Below, piece after piece: positions 34,268 through 47,300 of a DNA stretch of 64,000 bases. This DNA is from Ascidiella aspersa. Its lineage: Eukaryota. How positions within the stretch are numbered: the first letter of the stretch is position 1; each line of letters starts with the position of its first letter. The notes under the pieces were generated by a model that saw nothing but the letters and a program-made list of their open reading frames with translations, did not search any database and was not told where the DNA came from. A program made the position numbers and the translations under genes. The stretch covers positions 25,606,001 to 25,670,000 of the forward strand of contig OZ004614.1 of NCBI GenBank assembly GCA_963924565.1, given 5' to 3'.

Positions 34268-35306
34268 CTAGTTCTGCTGCGCCTTGAGCGCGTTCGGAGT
34301 TTCAGTGGTGAGAGATCGAATCCGCTTGAAGCCGCTGCGGAGCAGATTGGAGGGTGAGCGCGCCCTCGTGCGGATCTTCTGCGTGCGTCCGTCGCGACAA
34401 AGTTGCAGGAAAGGTTCGGAAGTGCAGAACTCGTGCTCGCGAAGTACATATTCCTTCTCCTTCAAGTTCAACTGACAGGCGAAACACTCAACACCCTTAG
34501 ACCGCGCGTGGGCACTAGAGGGAGGCGTTGTGACGTCATTCTCGAGGCCAACAAGGTTTAGGCTTTCGGTGCTTCCGGCAGCGCTGGTCGTCCGACTGCT
34601 GTCGTTGCCCTCTGATGACGTAGGCGACTGGATTTCCTGACAGACTGGCGATCCGGCCACTATTAGGGCGCTAGAGAGGCCGCTCATGATGTTGTTGTTG
34701 TTCAAATTTCTCTGGCCATTGTTGACGTTATTGTTGCGTAACAACAGCTTGGATTTCGGCTCCCGGAAGCTGCTGAACTTGCGTCCCAAGCGAGGAGAGA
34801 GCTTACCAATGATGCGCGAATGTCCGAAGCGAGATTTCTTAGGAAGAGCGAGCCTCATCACTGAAGAAGAGCACCTCAGATCATCCCCCTCCTCTTCACT
34901 GTGAGAAGGGGTTCCGGAGTCGGACTTGGGAGCCGAGATAATGCTCACCCTGGGTAGCAGGGGATTCCCCTCGCCGGTGACCCCGCTCGACGAGTTTGAC
35001 CTGTGGTGACCTTTGTGCGCGAGCGCTGATTGGTCGGTTGTAGGAGGCACGACCAACTGAGGTACGAGTCCGACTCCGATGGCGGTTGCGGATGACGCGA
35101 AAGTCCCAAGGATCTCGGAGGAAGGAGGGATGTGGTTGGTGGGTGTCCGGATGCGAGTGATGAGCTTGGACCATCCTTCTCTTGCCGAGGACTCGTAGAA
35201 GTCGCACCTAAGTTGCTCCGCGAGCTCGAATCCCTCCTGGCGGGAAACTTTGCGAGGGAAGTCGAGATCGCATTTGTTGGCGACGAGAACAAACGGAGGA
35301 ACCCGA
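34268..35306 (-). CDS. RASL11: RASL11-like exon 5 (terminal)
   Basis: PFVLVANKCDL...FYESSARE continues in frame into ORF 34268..35056. Confidence 0.9.
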
Positions 35307-38300
35307 CTGAAGAGGAAATTTGGAGGTTATTGTAAGTAATTATGGACTCTAGTCATAAAACCGAAATAAAAACAACATCAACGTGGGAATAAAAACAATT
35401 CTGGATACGACCAAAATAGGAATAATACCAAATAGCCGTAGTAACGTATAAAAAAGTTCTAACCCCGTTGGAAGACGTAACTGGTCCGAATCAGGTCTAA
35501 ACAACATTTTACCCAACCCCAAACCCACCCATAAGTACATCACTAACTCCCCTAATAATTTCAACCCTAAATCCATTTTCTAATCCCACCCAAAAGTTTT
35601 GCCCAACTCTGGTGTAGAAGAACATTGAAAGAGGCGCGAAAAACATAAATCGTGGCGTTAAACAATGTGGGCATTATCAACCAACAAAAAAACGCACGTA
35701 AAACAGTTTAAGACACACAAAGCTCTTATGAGGGCAACAAAACGCCAGAACCGCGCAGAAAGTTAATGTTGCGCGTCAAAACAGCATCTAGTTGTGGGCC
35801 AACATGTGATTTGCCACACACGACAACACAAAGCGTTTTTTCACTGGAGTTAGTGCAACTTGAGGGCGAGGCGGCAAATTGCATTCAACTGTCCAAACGG
35901 TGCGTATCAAAAATGCGTAACATAAACCTTAGGCTTCCCAAATTGGAGCTTTAGTGCGTTGGATTTGGAGGGTTTGTGAGTTTTTACGGTTGTAAGGCAA
36001 CTCTCTGGGCGGATAGAGTCCATATTTTGTCGGTAATTGGATTACTTAACAGAGTTAAGCGGCTAGCAAGGCAGTATATTGGCAAAAGGTTCTTGTTCTA
36101 AACGCTGCATTTTGAGAATTATCCCTGTAAAGTGCACCGGAAATTGGCTTTTACAGCAAAGATTTGGTTTAAAATTAATCCGAGTAATTTCCTCCACAAC
36201 AAAGCGATATTTAAAGTTGTCGTTATAAAAAGTCGACATTGGCCTTTTGAGCTTTTTCACAACGATAAGAGTTATTTCAAAACGGTCACAAAATCTATTC
36301 TGTATGGGCCTTGACATTTATTCATTCCACGTCTAACTACAACCTCAATTTTAAACTACATCCTCAATATTACAAAGTATACCAAGTTATTTTTTACCAG
36401 AATTTTTAGAAGTACAATCAATAGTCCAAAGTATATCCGCCAAAGTATCGTTCCTTTGTAACTCACCTCAGTTCTTTATCGTCCATGTCTCCCATTTTAT
36501 CAGCTATCTTGGTAGCAGTGTCCTTAAGTTGTCTGAAGCCTTCGGGGTCGGTGGTGGAATAAACCAGCATAATGGCTTCGGCCCAGCGGAAGTGATGGTC
36601 GATTGATGCAAGACGCATGCCCTGTAATCAATGCCTTTTGTTAATTGCGTGTTGCGGTAATTGTAGTGTATCTATACCTTATTTTAGAAGCAGAGTTTAA
36701 GTTGTTTAATATAGGCTAAAAAGCCATATTTTTGTAAGTATATGCGACTAAAAAAATGTTTAATAATTATAAAAATATGTAAAATCTTACAGCATGGGAT
36801 CGACTTGTCCTTATTAAGGTCGCAGATCACGTGACTTACCTTGTCGGACGTATCTTGGATTGTGACGCGAAGACTTTCACCATCTACACTTGCTGATCCA
36901 TTGCACGTCATATCTAGAAAAAAGAGGTATTTTTATTTATTTTTGAAAAATCAAGAAGTTGTTTGCGACATTATACGGAATTTGTAAATCAATGGCGACA
37001 ATGATATTTAATTGAAGCTAGTTTTTCACTAAAAAAAGTTAATGATTTTATCAATTCTAATTGTTTTAGGGAGATTTGCACCAAAATAAAACTTACAGAC
37101 ATTTTATTGAGAAAATTTATCACACGAATTGCAATTAATAGACAAAAAATTATTTAAGGCAAACTTAGATTTCTGTCCTGTTAATGGCAGTAAAACAAAC
37201 GTGTTAGGTTGTATGGCTTTTGTATGCAAATAAATGAGCGCTACAGCACGAAAAGGGCAGAGCTATAAAAAACTGAATTTTGACAAGCGCTATATTCTCC
37301 ACATTATTGCACGACCATGTAGTAGTTGAAACAACAGCGTGAAAGAATGCGTAAAACATGGAGGTCCAGTATTTTAGACGAAAAAAGTTCAAAATATTTA
37401 TGAAGGGTTTTTATTGAATCATCCCTCGATATCCACCATTAAAAAAACGATACATGGAAAAAATAATGAGCCCAAGTAGATCGCCATCCATGTTGTGTAT
37501 GGGTTAACAAAAAACTTCCAAAAAACGATTAATATAAAAAAAAATCTAAAATACGGTTAAAACGACGAGTGAACAACTTTTTAGTTCACAGTTAAACTTT
37601 AGCAACTATTGTGTGATTCATCATACGCCTGTATTTTAGAGTTCTATTTTATCACTACATCGCCTATTTATCACCGCATTCATTATGATGACACAATATA
37701 AGTTAACAGGCCCCTAAATCGAGCGGTTCACACATTAACGTAACAATAGCCCAATTATGACGAGTTTTCGAGCAGTTTTAAGGCGGGGTCTTTTATGAGT
37801 AAGAGCTTTCTCGCTAGAAACCATTACAGGGGACTTAAGTTGGTCGCAAAACCTCTTTTTTCATGTTTACCCCCCGGGCGTTCTGGTTACTGCTACTGCT
37901 GTTGGTCGACATTTAGGGTTGGCGGTGTAAAATGCGTCGCGCTGTGTTTGTGACTCATAATGGTCCGCGAAAGTGATTTTATCGCAGCGAAACACGATCA
38001 TTTTTGGCCGAACGATGCTTTATAGTGGGTTAGTGGAAAATGTTGCCAATTCTATTGAAATTGTAGTAAGAATAACAAAGCTCATACACAAGTATATGTA
38101 GCATATTGAATGTTTTGAATAAATCTTCGTTTATTTTCAATTTTCAAGATAGAAAATATATTCTAAACGTTCAAAATGCTACTTATACTTTTGTATGGGC
38201 TTTGATATTCTTACTACGTTTTACTACAACCTCTAACCATTATGCTCCAAAGTCTATTTGAAATTGCGTTATTCATTTTTTTCACCTATTTGCAAAATAA

Positions 38301-41300
38301 GGTATCAAATTTTGTTTTTTTAATAAAGCAAAACGTTACTCACCGGTTTAAACTGTTTTTTCCTATGAGGCACACAATTGCCAGGTTTCAGATTTCACTT
38401 TATTAGATTTTTTACCGAAAGAGGTACTTTCAAGGTTCAATACGTCAAACCGCTTGTGGCAAGAACTCGTTAGTTGGAAGTAATTGGCCACAACGCTGAC
38501 GACCCTGCACGCATTTTGACGTACAACTGCGGCAACAAAAAAATGTTTTTCCGGAAAAATTGCGATTTCGCCACCATACTAGGGTACTATAGTTACACAC
38601 AAATTCACTCCCGAGCCCCCTCTAATTGAGCGTGTTATTGTGACGTCACAGCCAATACGCGCGCGTCCGCGAGGCGTTTCGGCGTTGAGAAAACCAAACG
38701 AGAGTTTAGGCTTTTGAAAGGTTTCTAGTTTCGGGCGCAAATGAAAATATTCACGCAGAAAGATTGGCGCTTTACTTTGTTATGTGTGATGATGAATTGA
38801 TGAGAAATTAGACTTTTACTCTTTCACTTTGCCACTAAAGGTTATTCTTCGATCGTCACTCAACAGTAAAGTTTCTACAGGGATTATCGGGTGAAATTAA
38901 TAATATTTGGTTGTTTGGGCTCTTTTGTCATGTTTTTAAACAACTTAAGTTAGGATACACGGGTTTTTGTTAGTAATTTCTAAGACATAACATTTCATAA
39001 AATCGACATTTCGTTGTTTTCAAACGTTTCGGCAATATCCTAACTATTAATATACAAGTGTGTATTAATAAATAAACAGGTCCTCTGGTAATTGTTATTG
39101 TGAACTCATGCGTATACTAGTTGCAAGTCAACTTTCTGTTGGTGAAAAACAACTTCGGCGCTTGTCTTTGGCGCAAGTGCGACTTACAAAGCAGTTCATC
39201 CTAATATTATCAATATACACAACATGTGCATATTAGTTTCAAGCCAGCCTCTGTGCGATCTTTGATATTTTTCTACATGTCACAATTTCCCTGGACTTGA
39301 TATTTTACTTCAATCTTTGCGAAATCTAAACGACAAAGGCACGTGCGTTGATACTTTAGCCTGTATTTCGATCCTTGATTACAGGTGGATGTTCACCTTT
39401 GTGTGACCCAAGGCTGATGGAAATGACTGGGACAACACAATCAACACCACACACGTGGGGAAATATTATTTAATTTCTATTAAAGGGCGTATTTTAATGG
39501 AATTCAAAACCATTGTCAGCAGGTTTCTGCTTGTCGGTCACTGTTCCGCTGACGCGTATATTAGTAATAAAAACTCAAAGTTTTAAAACCTGAGTAAAAC
39601 CAGGATCAGACATTTTTTAAATAAATATATAATTTGCCTTTACTGGCGATCCCACTCGGGGTTTTAAACTTGATCATTTGATTTATTGTACTCAATCGTG
39701 CACAAAGAGTTTCATCAAAAGGCTTGCCAATAATTGCAAAAATCAAATTCATAAAAATTCCTAATCACCAGTAAATGTGTAGTAAGGTTAGGCCCCTACA
39801 GGATAAGTATCCTTTTGAAGGTTTCGAATAACATTTAATTCATTTTCAATATCCCGATGCCTACTTCTGTATGGGCGTTGATATTCTTATTACGTCTTAC
39901 TACAACCTCAACCATTATGTACCAGTGAATGTAATATTCCATTTTAGTCAGTTTGCAAAGTGTGTTGCAAACGTTAGTAAGTGCCGTTTTGAACTATGTT
40001 ATCCCTGGAGACTCCACGGATTTACCCTCCGCGGTTTGGTGCAGGGAAAAATTCGATTTTGGTGAGAGGTCATATGCAGGTGGAGCAGTACGACTTCCTC
40101 TGGTGGAAATACCCAACCAATTTGACGCACAAGTTTAAAAGGTGGATTTTAAGTTTCAAGTCGTAAAAAAAAACAATTCGTGAAACTACGAGAATAAGAG
40201 GCTAACAAAGGTCTAGTAGAGACCGGTAAGTGGTCCGCAGTCGTACGATCACATAACGTTTAAAATATTATTCCGATGATACAAACAATTCCTTTGTTTT
40301 GCTTTAAATCTTGGAGCATAATGACTGGAGGTTGTAGTTAGACATAGTAAGAATATTAAAGCCCATACAGAAGTAATATTCCTACTTTGTATTGGATTTG
40401 ATGTTCATTCTAGGGTTTTTGTGGTTTTAAATCGTCTGCTCATAGTATTGTCTGCATGAGATTATCTTGCTCACAGAAAATTAGGTTAAAAAAATTACAT
40501 TGTGGTTATTCGTGGAAATTCTAATTAAAAAGGCCCCCAGCGACTCGCGACAACCTCAACGTCGCCCAAGGGAGCGCGACACGCGGTAGTCGAGATGTCG
40601 CGCCGGAGAAAAAGCGCGCGCTATCGCGACCTTGATCGGACAAATGCGCCGCTCTCATCCAGTTGCCAACTGCGAAATGCACTTAGCGTAGGAGAGCAAG
40701 GCTTATCTCGTGACACGTGCTTTGTATACTTGATACTTGCGCGATAAGATCTCTGTGCATCGCAAATTGCGCTGCCTTGAGAAAAAATGCAGGAATAATG
40801 GCTTAGGATGCAAATTGATAAGTTCTATGTGTTGCTCTTTTGGCCCCAAAAGGCCCTGGCTTACTTTGAAGGCGAAAAATGGCCTAAAATGGGGAAAATA
40901 TTGGGTTGGATTTCAAAGATATCTTGGCGAAAGCCTAAAGCAATACACTGGATATAGGCGGTAAATAATACGCTGCTATTGATGGCAATATCCTACAATA
41001 TACTTGGGTACTCTAAGGACGGATTTGTAATGTAGCTTGATATTGAATTTAAAAAGCCAAAAAGGTCAAGTGAGTCGACATTGTCTTAACGTTTAGTTAC
41101 GAACTTGTTCCATCTTCAGTTAATGTTTATAAATCCTACAAGTTTCTTTAATTCTACCATCCGAACAATAGCTAATTATATCGCCTCTTCAGTTTCAAAT
41201 AACGTTTTTATGAAGTTTTGTTGCAATACAAATTTTAACCAATGTTCTAAAACAACGTCAAACAAGCCAAGATCCAAATAAACTTACAACTCCCGAGTCA

Positions 41301-44300
41301 AACTGTACTTCCGCCGCGAACGGATATACATCGGCGTCTAACTGGCCTCAGGGTTGACAAGCAGAAACGTCAAACTTAATTAATTTTCGCTCTGCTGACT
41401 GACAGGCCATTTATAAGTATATTGCTTGTTGCTAAACACCGACTACTGCTGCTTAGTGTTGTACGATTAACATCAGTATTTACACGACTTAGCGCCTTTA
41501 AGGCGGGCCGGTTATACAGGTATGCGTTGCGTACACGGATCTGGGTATTTTTCTTGGGGAGGGGGTTGGGGTGTGATTTAATCTCTGAGAGCAGGGGTAA
41601 CTATTATTCTTTTTTTCAAAAAAGGGCGAGCTGGATATAAGTATAAATACGTTGCATGATTCGGGGGTTATTTAGTACAACAGGGGCAAGTAGGTCAATT
41701 TTTTTTAATAGAGAAACGGATAAGTGTAATGATTGACGATGGCGGGCCGAATTCAAAATTTTGTTCATGTTTGCGACAAACATTTTCGTTAATTTAATCC
41801 ATTGTTACTGTATTTTAGCTCATTCAGTTTCAAAATTAATTTTTCAATTCAATATAAAAAAAAACGATCAAAAATATAAAGAAAACAATTCAACCAGTAC
41901 AAAATTTTCAACTTCAATCGCGAAAGTTTTTTATCTAAATTATATTTCAAACTACATCGTATTTAGAAAACACAGCTTATTTTATACAAGAGAAAAAATG
42001 TTTCCTTTGGACCTTGGCTGTGAATAAATTCAAACTGTTATACGAAAGGTTAAAACAATATTATCGCTTTACTTAAGAACCAAGTTTGTCCCCATTGGTG
42101 AAATTTCAGCGGCCTGAAAGCAGCAATTCAAAATTCCTGCCCATCTAGATATGAGGTTAGCTTACACAGAAGGTATCTACCATCAGCTTCACACTTCTTT
42201 ACAGCGTATTCACTTCTTTGATATTGGACTACATTTTCACCGATAAGACCCCTTTGACATATTTGCGGTTAAATCTGTTTAAATCTTCATATATTTGGAG
42301 CATAATGGTTGGAGGTTTTAAGTGAGATGTCGTAACAATATTAAAGCCCATACAGAGGTAGGTATCATTTTGTGAACTTTTTGAATGTCTCTTGATTGCA
42401 TATCTCTATATTTATGAAAAAATAAATTTTCAAAACGCACAAACTGCTACATTTTTTGTTCTTTGTTTGCTAGTGTTATTTATTTTCGATTTTTTGTGAA
42501 ATCAAATAAATGACGCATTTTGTATATGCTTCGAAATAACCCATAGGCTTCAAAGTAACGAAAAAATGCCATTTTAAGTACCATGTTGACAGCATTTACA
42601 TGAAACGCATTGACAGTTAACAGGAAGTATAGCATTAATTCTGTTTGTAGGTTATCAACAGACTATATTTGGTGACAAAATATTTTAAGCAGGCATGTTA
42701 TTAATCGTTTCCGGTTAAATCTATTTTGCATTACCAGACAGAAAAACAAACACAAAAAATATTGCCGAAAAGTTAATGGATTAAGCATGTAACTTGGATA
42801 TCACCCTTCGAGATCATTCCCCTAGTGATTAATAGTAAACGCAGTTTCTACAAAAACAATCAGACCAGCTTTGCAATAAACATCGGAGTTTTGCAAAACC
42901 TGATCACAAGTTTGCAGCATAATGGTTGGAGGTTGCAGTTGGACGTAGTAAGAATATCAAAGCCCATATACAAGGAGAAAGTATTTTGTAAATTTTAAAT
43001 AAGTCTTAAGATAAGTGCTGGTGTTATAGTTGGATGTAGAATTAATATCAAAGCCCATACAAAAGCATCTTTTCGTGAACATTTCGAATAACCCTAAGAT
43101 AATGTCTGGAGGTTGCAGTAAGACGAAGTCAGAATATGAAATCCCGGATAGAGTAGGTGGCATTTTGAAGGTTTCAAATATATTTTTATTCATTAGATCT
43201 GAGCACAAAGAACGGTAAACTTTGCTTTTTCGACCGGTTGTGTAAATGTTTTGCGAACCAATCGCTACAGCGTGGAATTTAAGCGACCAGGGTGTGGATT
43301 TAAAAGCGATTTGCTGCGACTTGGTTGCGAGTTAGTCGGTTAAATTACGACGCCTCTTAAGGCGAGGTTTTTGCTTTGGTGAGTGCTATTTTGTCAAGAA
43401 CTGTTCACGCAAATACGCGAGCGTTATACAGTAAAAAAACATTACAACGCAATTAAAAGCGGTTTTAAAATCATTAAAAAAAAACATTCGGGCCCGCGTT
43501 GAAAAAGTTTGAGAATCCCTGCACTAAAAATATACTGCATCTACACTGTAAAGGCATTATGGTGGTTTCAACAAGGCATTAAAGATGCGAACAAGATGTT
43601 GTGTTGTTGTGGGCATCCTTTCCACCCGCTGTATACATGTAACGCCCATCAGATAAAGCATAGTCGCGTGGCTAGAAATTTTGGGAGATTTCGAGGAGAG
43701 AAACGCCTTAGAACGCTATTTTGACGTCGGGAGAACGCTATTTTTGACGTTTTTGTAAGCGAACTAAACACAGGAAATAGATATAATAATAATATTTAAG
43801 GTGTCTAATAAGTATAATGTCTTTGTATTTCATTTTACAAAGTTTTGGAGAAATCTTTAACCGATCTCAATTAATCTAACCGTGTGAATTACTGCAGTCG
43901 GTGACCCAGTTAAGGGTCTTATACCATAGGTTGAGAAACACTGCAATAACCGAATGTATATCCTATAACAAGCTACTTTGCTTTAGTAATGGTTCGACAA
44001 ACGTTATAATGGTTTAGAAAACGTAGTAATGGTTTGACAAATGCGAAACACCTGGCGATTAACTAAAAATCATTTTTAAATGCACTCCTCAATTAAAACA
44101 CTGTTGGTTATTTTGGCTTAGACTTAAAACGTTGTTGTGTAACACAAAAGTAACAAGTTTAGGGCGAAATTTACACGTTTAAGGCGATCGTGACACAAAC
44201 AGATTAGGTTGGGATGGAGAGGTAGCAATTTGCGGTGAACCTAGGGCTGTTGGAAGCCACACCGATCATTATGACCAAGTGACAAGACTCCGGCTGGAAC

Positions 44301-47300
44301 GGTTTCCTAGTAACCTGGTATAACGAGCGTACTTAATTTAAAGGTTTCCTGGGTTTATTACAGTTTCGTAAAAGTGCTGGGCAGGGTTTGGTGGTTTGTG
44401 GGCTGCTATTACATCCTTGGTTTTCCAAGTTCATTTTCGCTAATTTGTGACAACAGTAAAATGTCCTGATTAAGTGGTTGCTTCTGGATAAGTAAAATGG
44501 CTAAAATTGCTTTCGTAAATGACGATCAACCTCGTCTAAATTATTTGCCCATTTTTAAACAGACCGCTTTATTCTTTGTGCAGACATCTCTATGATTTTA
44601 CAGGGCAACTAGAGCGTAATTTAAAAAAATATTTAGAAATATTTGGGCCTAAAGAATTACGAAAGACACATTTGCACACATTGCCCGAAATTTCCTTTTT
44701 GACGAAATTAAGATCACTTACTAAACTCTTGCCAAATTAGGTTTAGAAAAGCAATTTATTGCGACTTTATTTGGACGAAATCGACTGGTTCAGGGTATAT
44801 TTGAAAAATGAAAACAAAAACCATATTAAAGGTCATAAACACACGAATGTTTAAAAGTGATTTAAACATGATGTTACAACTAAACAATTTTATGACTTTG
44901 TCCATTTTTTATTTCTTTACCAAGAAACGCACGACATTTTAAAATAAACAAAGAAATATGTTAATGGCAAACTGAATGTGTAAAATAAGAAAACATGTAA
45001 ATGACGACAATGACTTCAAATGGGAGAATATATTCTTTGGACTTTCCTTTCTAGGCAAAGTCGGTCATTTATAAGGAAATTTGTTGCTTATTCTGATCCT
45101 ATGCTTTAAACCAGTTTTCTCAACCTATGGGCCGCGACTTATATTTTAATCGCCGTTTGACGTTGTTTGGAGTGATTTTATGGTCACATTTATTGAGATT
45201 GGTTCTGGTCAAGATTTCTAGACAATTTGAGAAAATTGCGGACTACGGATACATAACTTATTGGATGAGGAGTAATTCATGCTAATTGTCTTGCGTTTTG
45301 TTCACTTACAAGCAGTTGTTTTCGCTGTTATAGTTAACACTACGTATTTGGCTTTAAGAATCACTGCTCTCTTGTTACAGATCCGCTGAAAAGTAGCTTT
45401 AAATGTGCTAGCTTTTATAACTGTAGGGCTATTAACGGCGTCTCATATTTCACACCTATATATTTCCACACTGAAAATATTCCAATATCATCTAATACAG
45501 AGTTAACCATTTTTTTTTCATTAAGGACCGGAAAACTGTAAGGACTGGCAAACGTGAGCCGGATGACCAATTTTGTGTCCAAGAAAACACTGCTTTAGTC
45601 GGTCAACTGCCAACCACAACCCGAGGTTGGCGACGAAGTGAAACCGATATTTTGTTCCGACCTGTCACAACGAGGCTGCTTGGGGTCTATAGTTCTCGCG
45701 CCCTTGCATTATTAATCGCGCTTTCGCGTTCTTTGTCGCGAACTCACCCCCCCATTCTCTCCGCGTTTGAAGGTCAAACGGGGCAAATTTTTGGAATTTT
45801 TGTCTCACCTTTGGACGAAAAATAGAAAAATTGAATTTAATAGATGCAATTTCTTTGCTGAGCTAAACTGGACAAACTTTAGTGGAATTATATGTTTCTT
45901 TTTGCGTGCCAAGTTTAGGAAAGACCCATAATGGTCAATAACCTACTTTGTGTATTCATGAATTACTTCCTGATTTTTGTGGAAGCTTTAGGAGTTATCG
46001 TATGTTGCTGCAACCTTTTCAAAAGATTGAAACAATTGAACGTGGATAAAAAAAATTCAATTTTATTTTTGTACAGAGTTCAACGTCTAAAAAACGTGTC
46101 AGAAAGGAATGAGCGGAAATGACATAAACCCATTATTTATACATTTGACATCTGGAGCATCTTGCAAAAGACGGCTCGTATCTATATTAGGATGTCTCAG
46201 TAATTTTGTAACTGTTTAGAAACGACATAAACCCGACCAAAATGAAAAAAACTTATACCTTAGACTACGCCATGTAAATCTCCAGCGTTTCAGGAATCTG
46301 AAACAAACTGGCCTTGAAAAAATTTAATTTCGCAAATTTGTTGTTGTTACAATAAAATGCGAGTCGCCTCAGTAAATAAACACAGTCAGTGGTTGCGTTA
46401 AAACGTTTATGTTTTCATCAAACATCTCCGAGGTGAAACGAACTATTGCGTCTGCTTTAATGTTAAGCGGGAATAGCGTGAGAGCACCAAACAGCAAATT
46501 GGCCACACGGGAAATGCGCTGTACGCTTTACGAAGGCAAAACTAAACACTGTCTCGTTTTGCGCGACGCCCAAGTTGGTGAGTAGCTGGATATCATGTTT
46601 GTACTACACGAGCAGTACATTTGTGTTTAAAAAAAAAGAGTTTGTATACATCTTGGCGCCTAAACATTACAGCGAATAACCTCATACAAAATTGAGCTTG
46701 ATATGATCAGGGTGCCTTAGAAATAGATTCAATTTTAATCCTAAAATGCTGTTTTTTAGGAAAGAATGTTAAAAAAAGTCCAGCATTTTAGACAATTCTT
46801 CTAAAATCTTCAGGTTAAAAAATATTGGTATTTATTTTATTCGTGGTGTGTGTGTTTCCGTGCCACAAAAAACGTTTAAAATAGACTTTAACTTGCAAAC
46901 ATTACAACCTGCGTTAAAATGGTTGAACTTTTACCCACCTAAGCATATTTTAACAAGAATTGTAAGCCACAGTAAGACATCTTAATATTAAAATGTTGTT
47001 TAAAACTTCCGATAAAAAAACATATTACAGTATACCTAGAAAACTTTAAGTAGGTATCTTCTTTAAGCGATTAAAATTTTAAATACTTAATATTGATTGG
47101 AATTCGGTAAACCGAAAGAAACTTCCACGAACCCGTTCTCTTTGGTTACTAATTGCATAATTGATTCAGTCCAGCGAAATTTTTAGGTCTCTTAATAAAG
47201 TCATTATTTCGCGGAACCCCCCAGAACAGTGGCCACAATCGGATCAGCGGACGGTCTTGTGACGTAGGTCCTTGTCACCGAGGCCGCTTTATGACATCAC

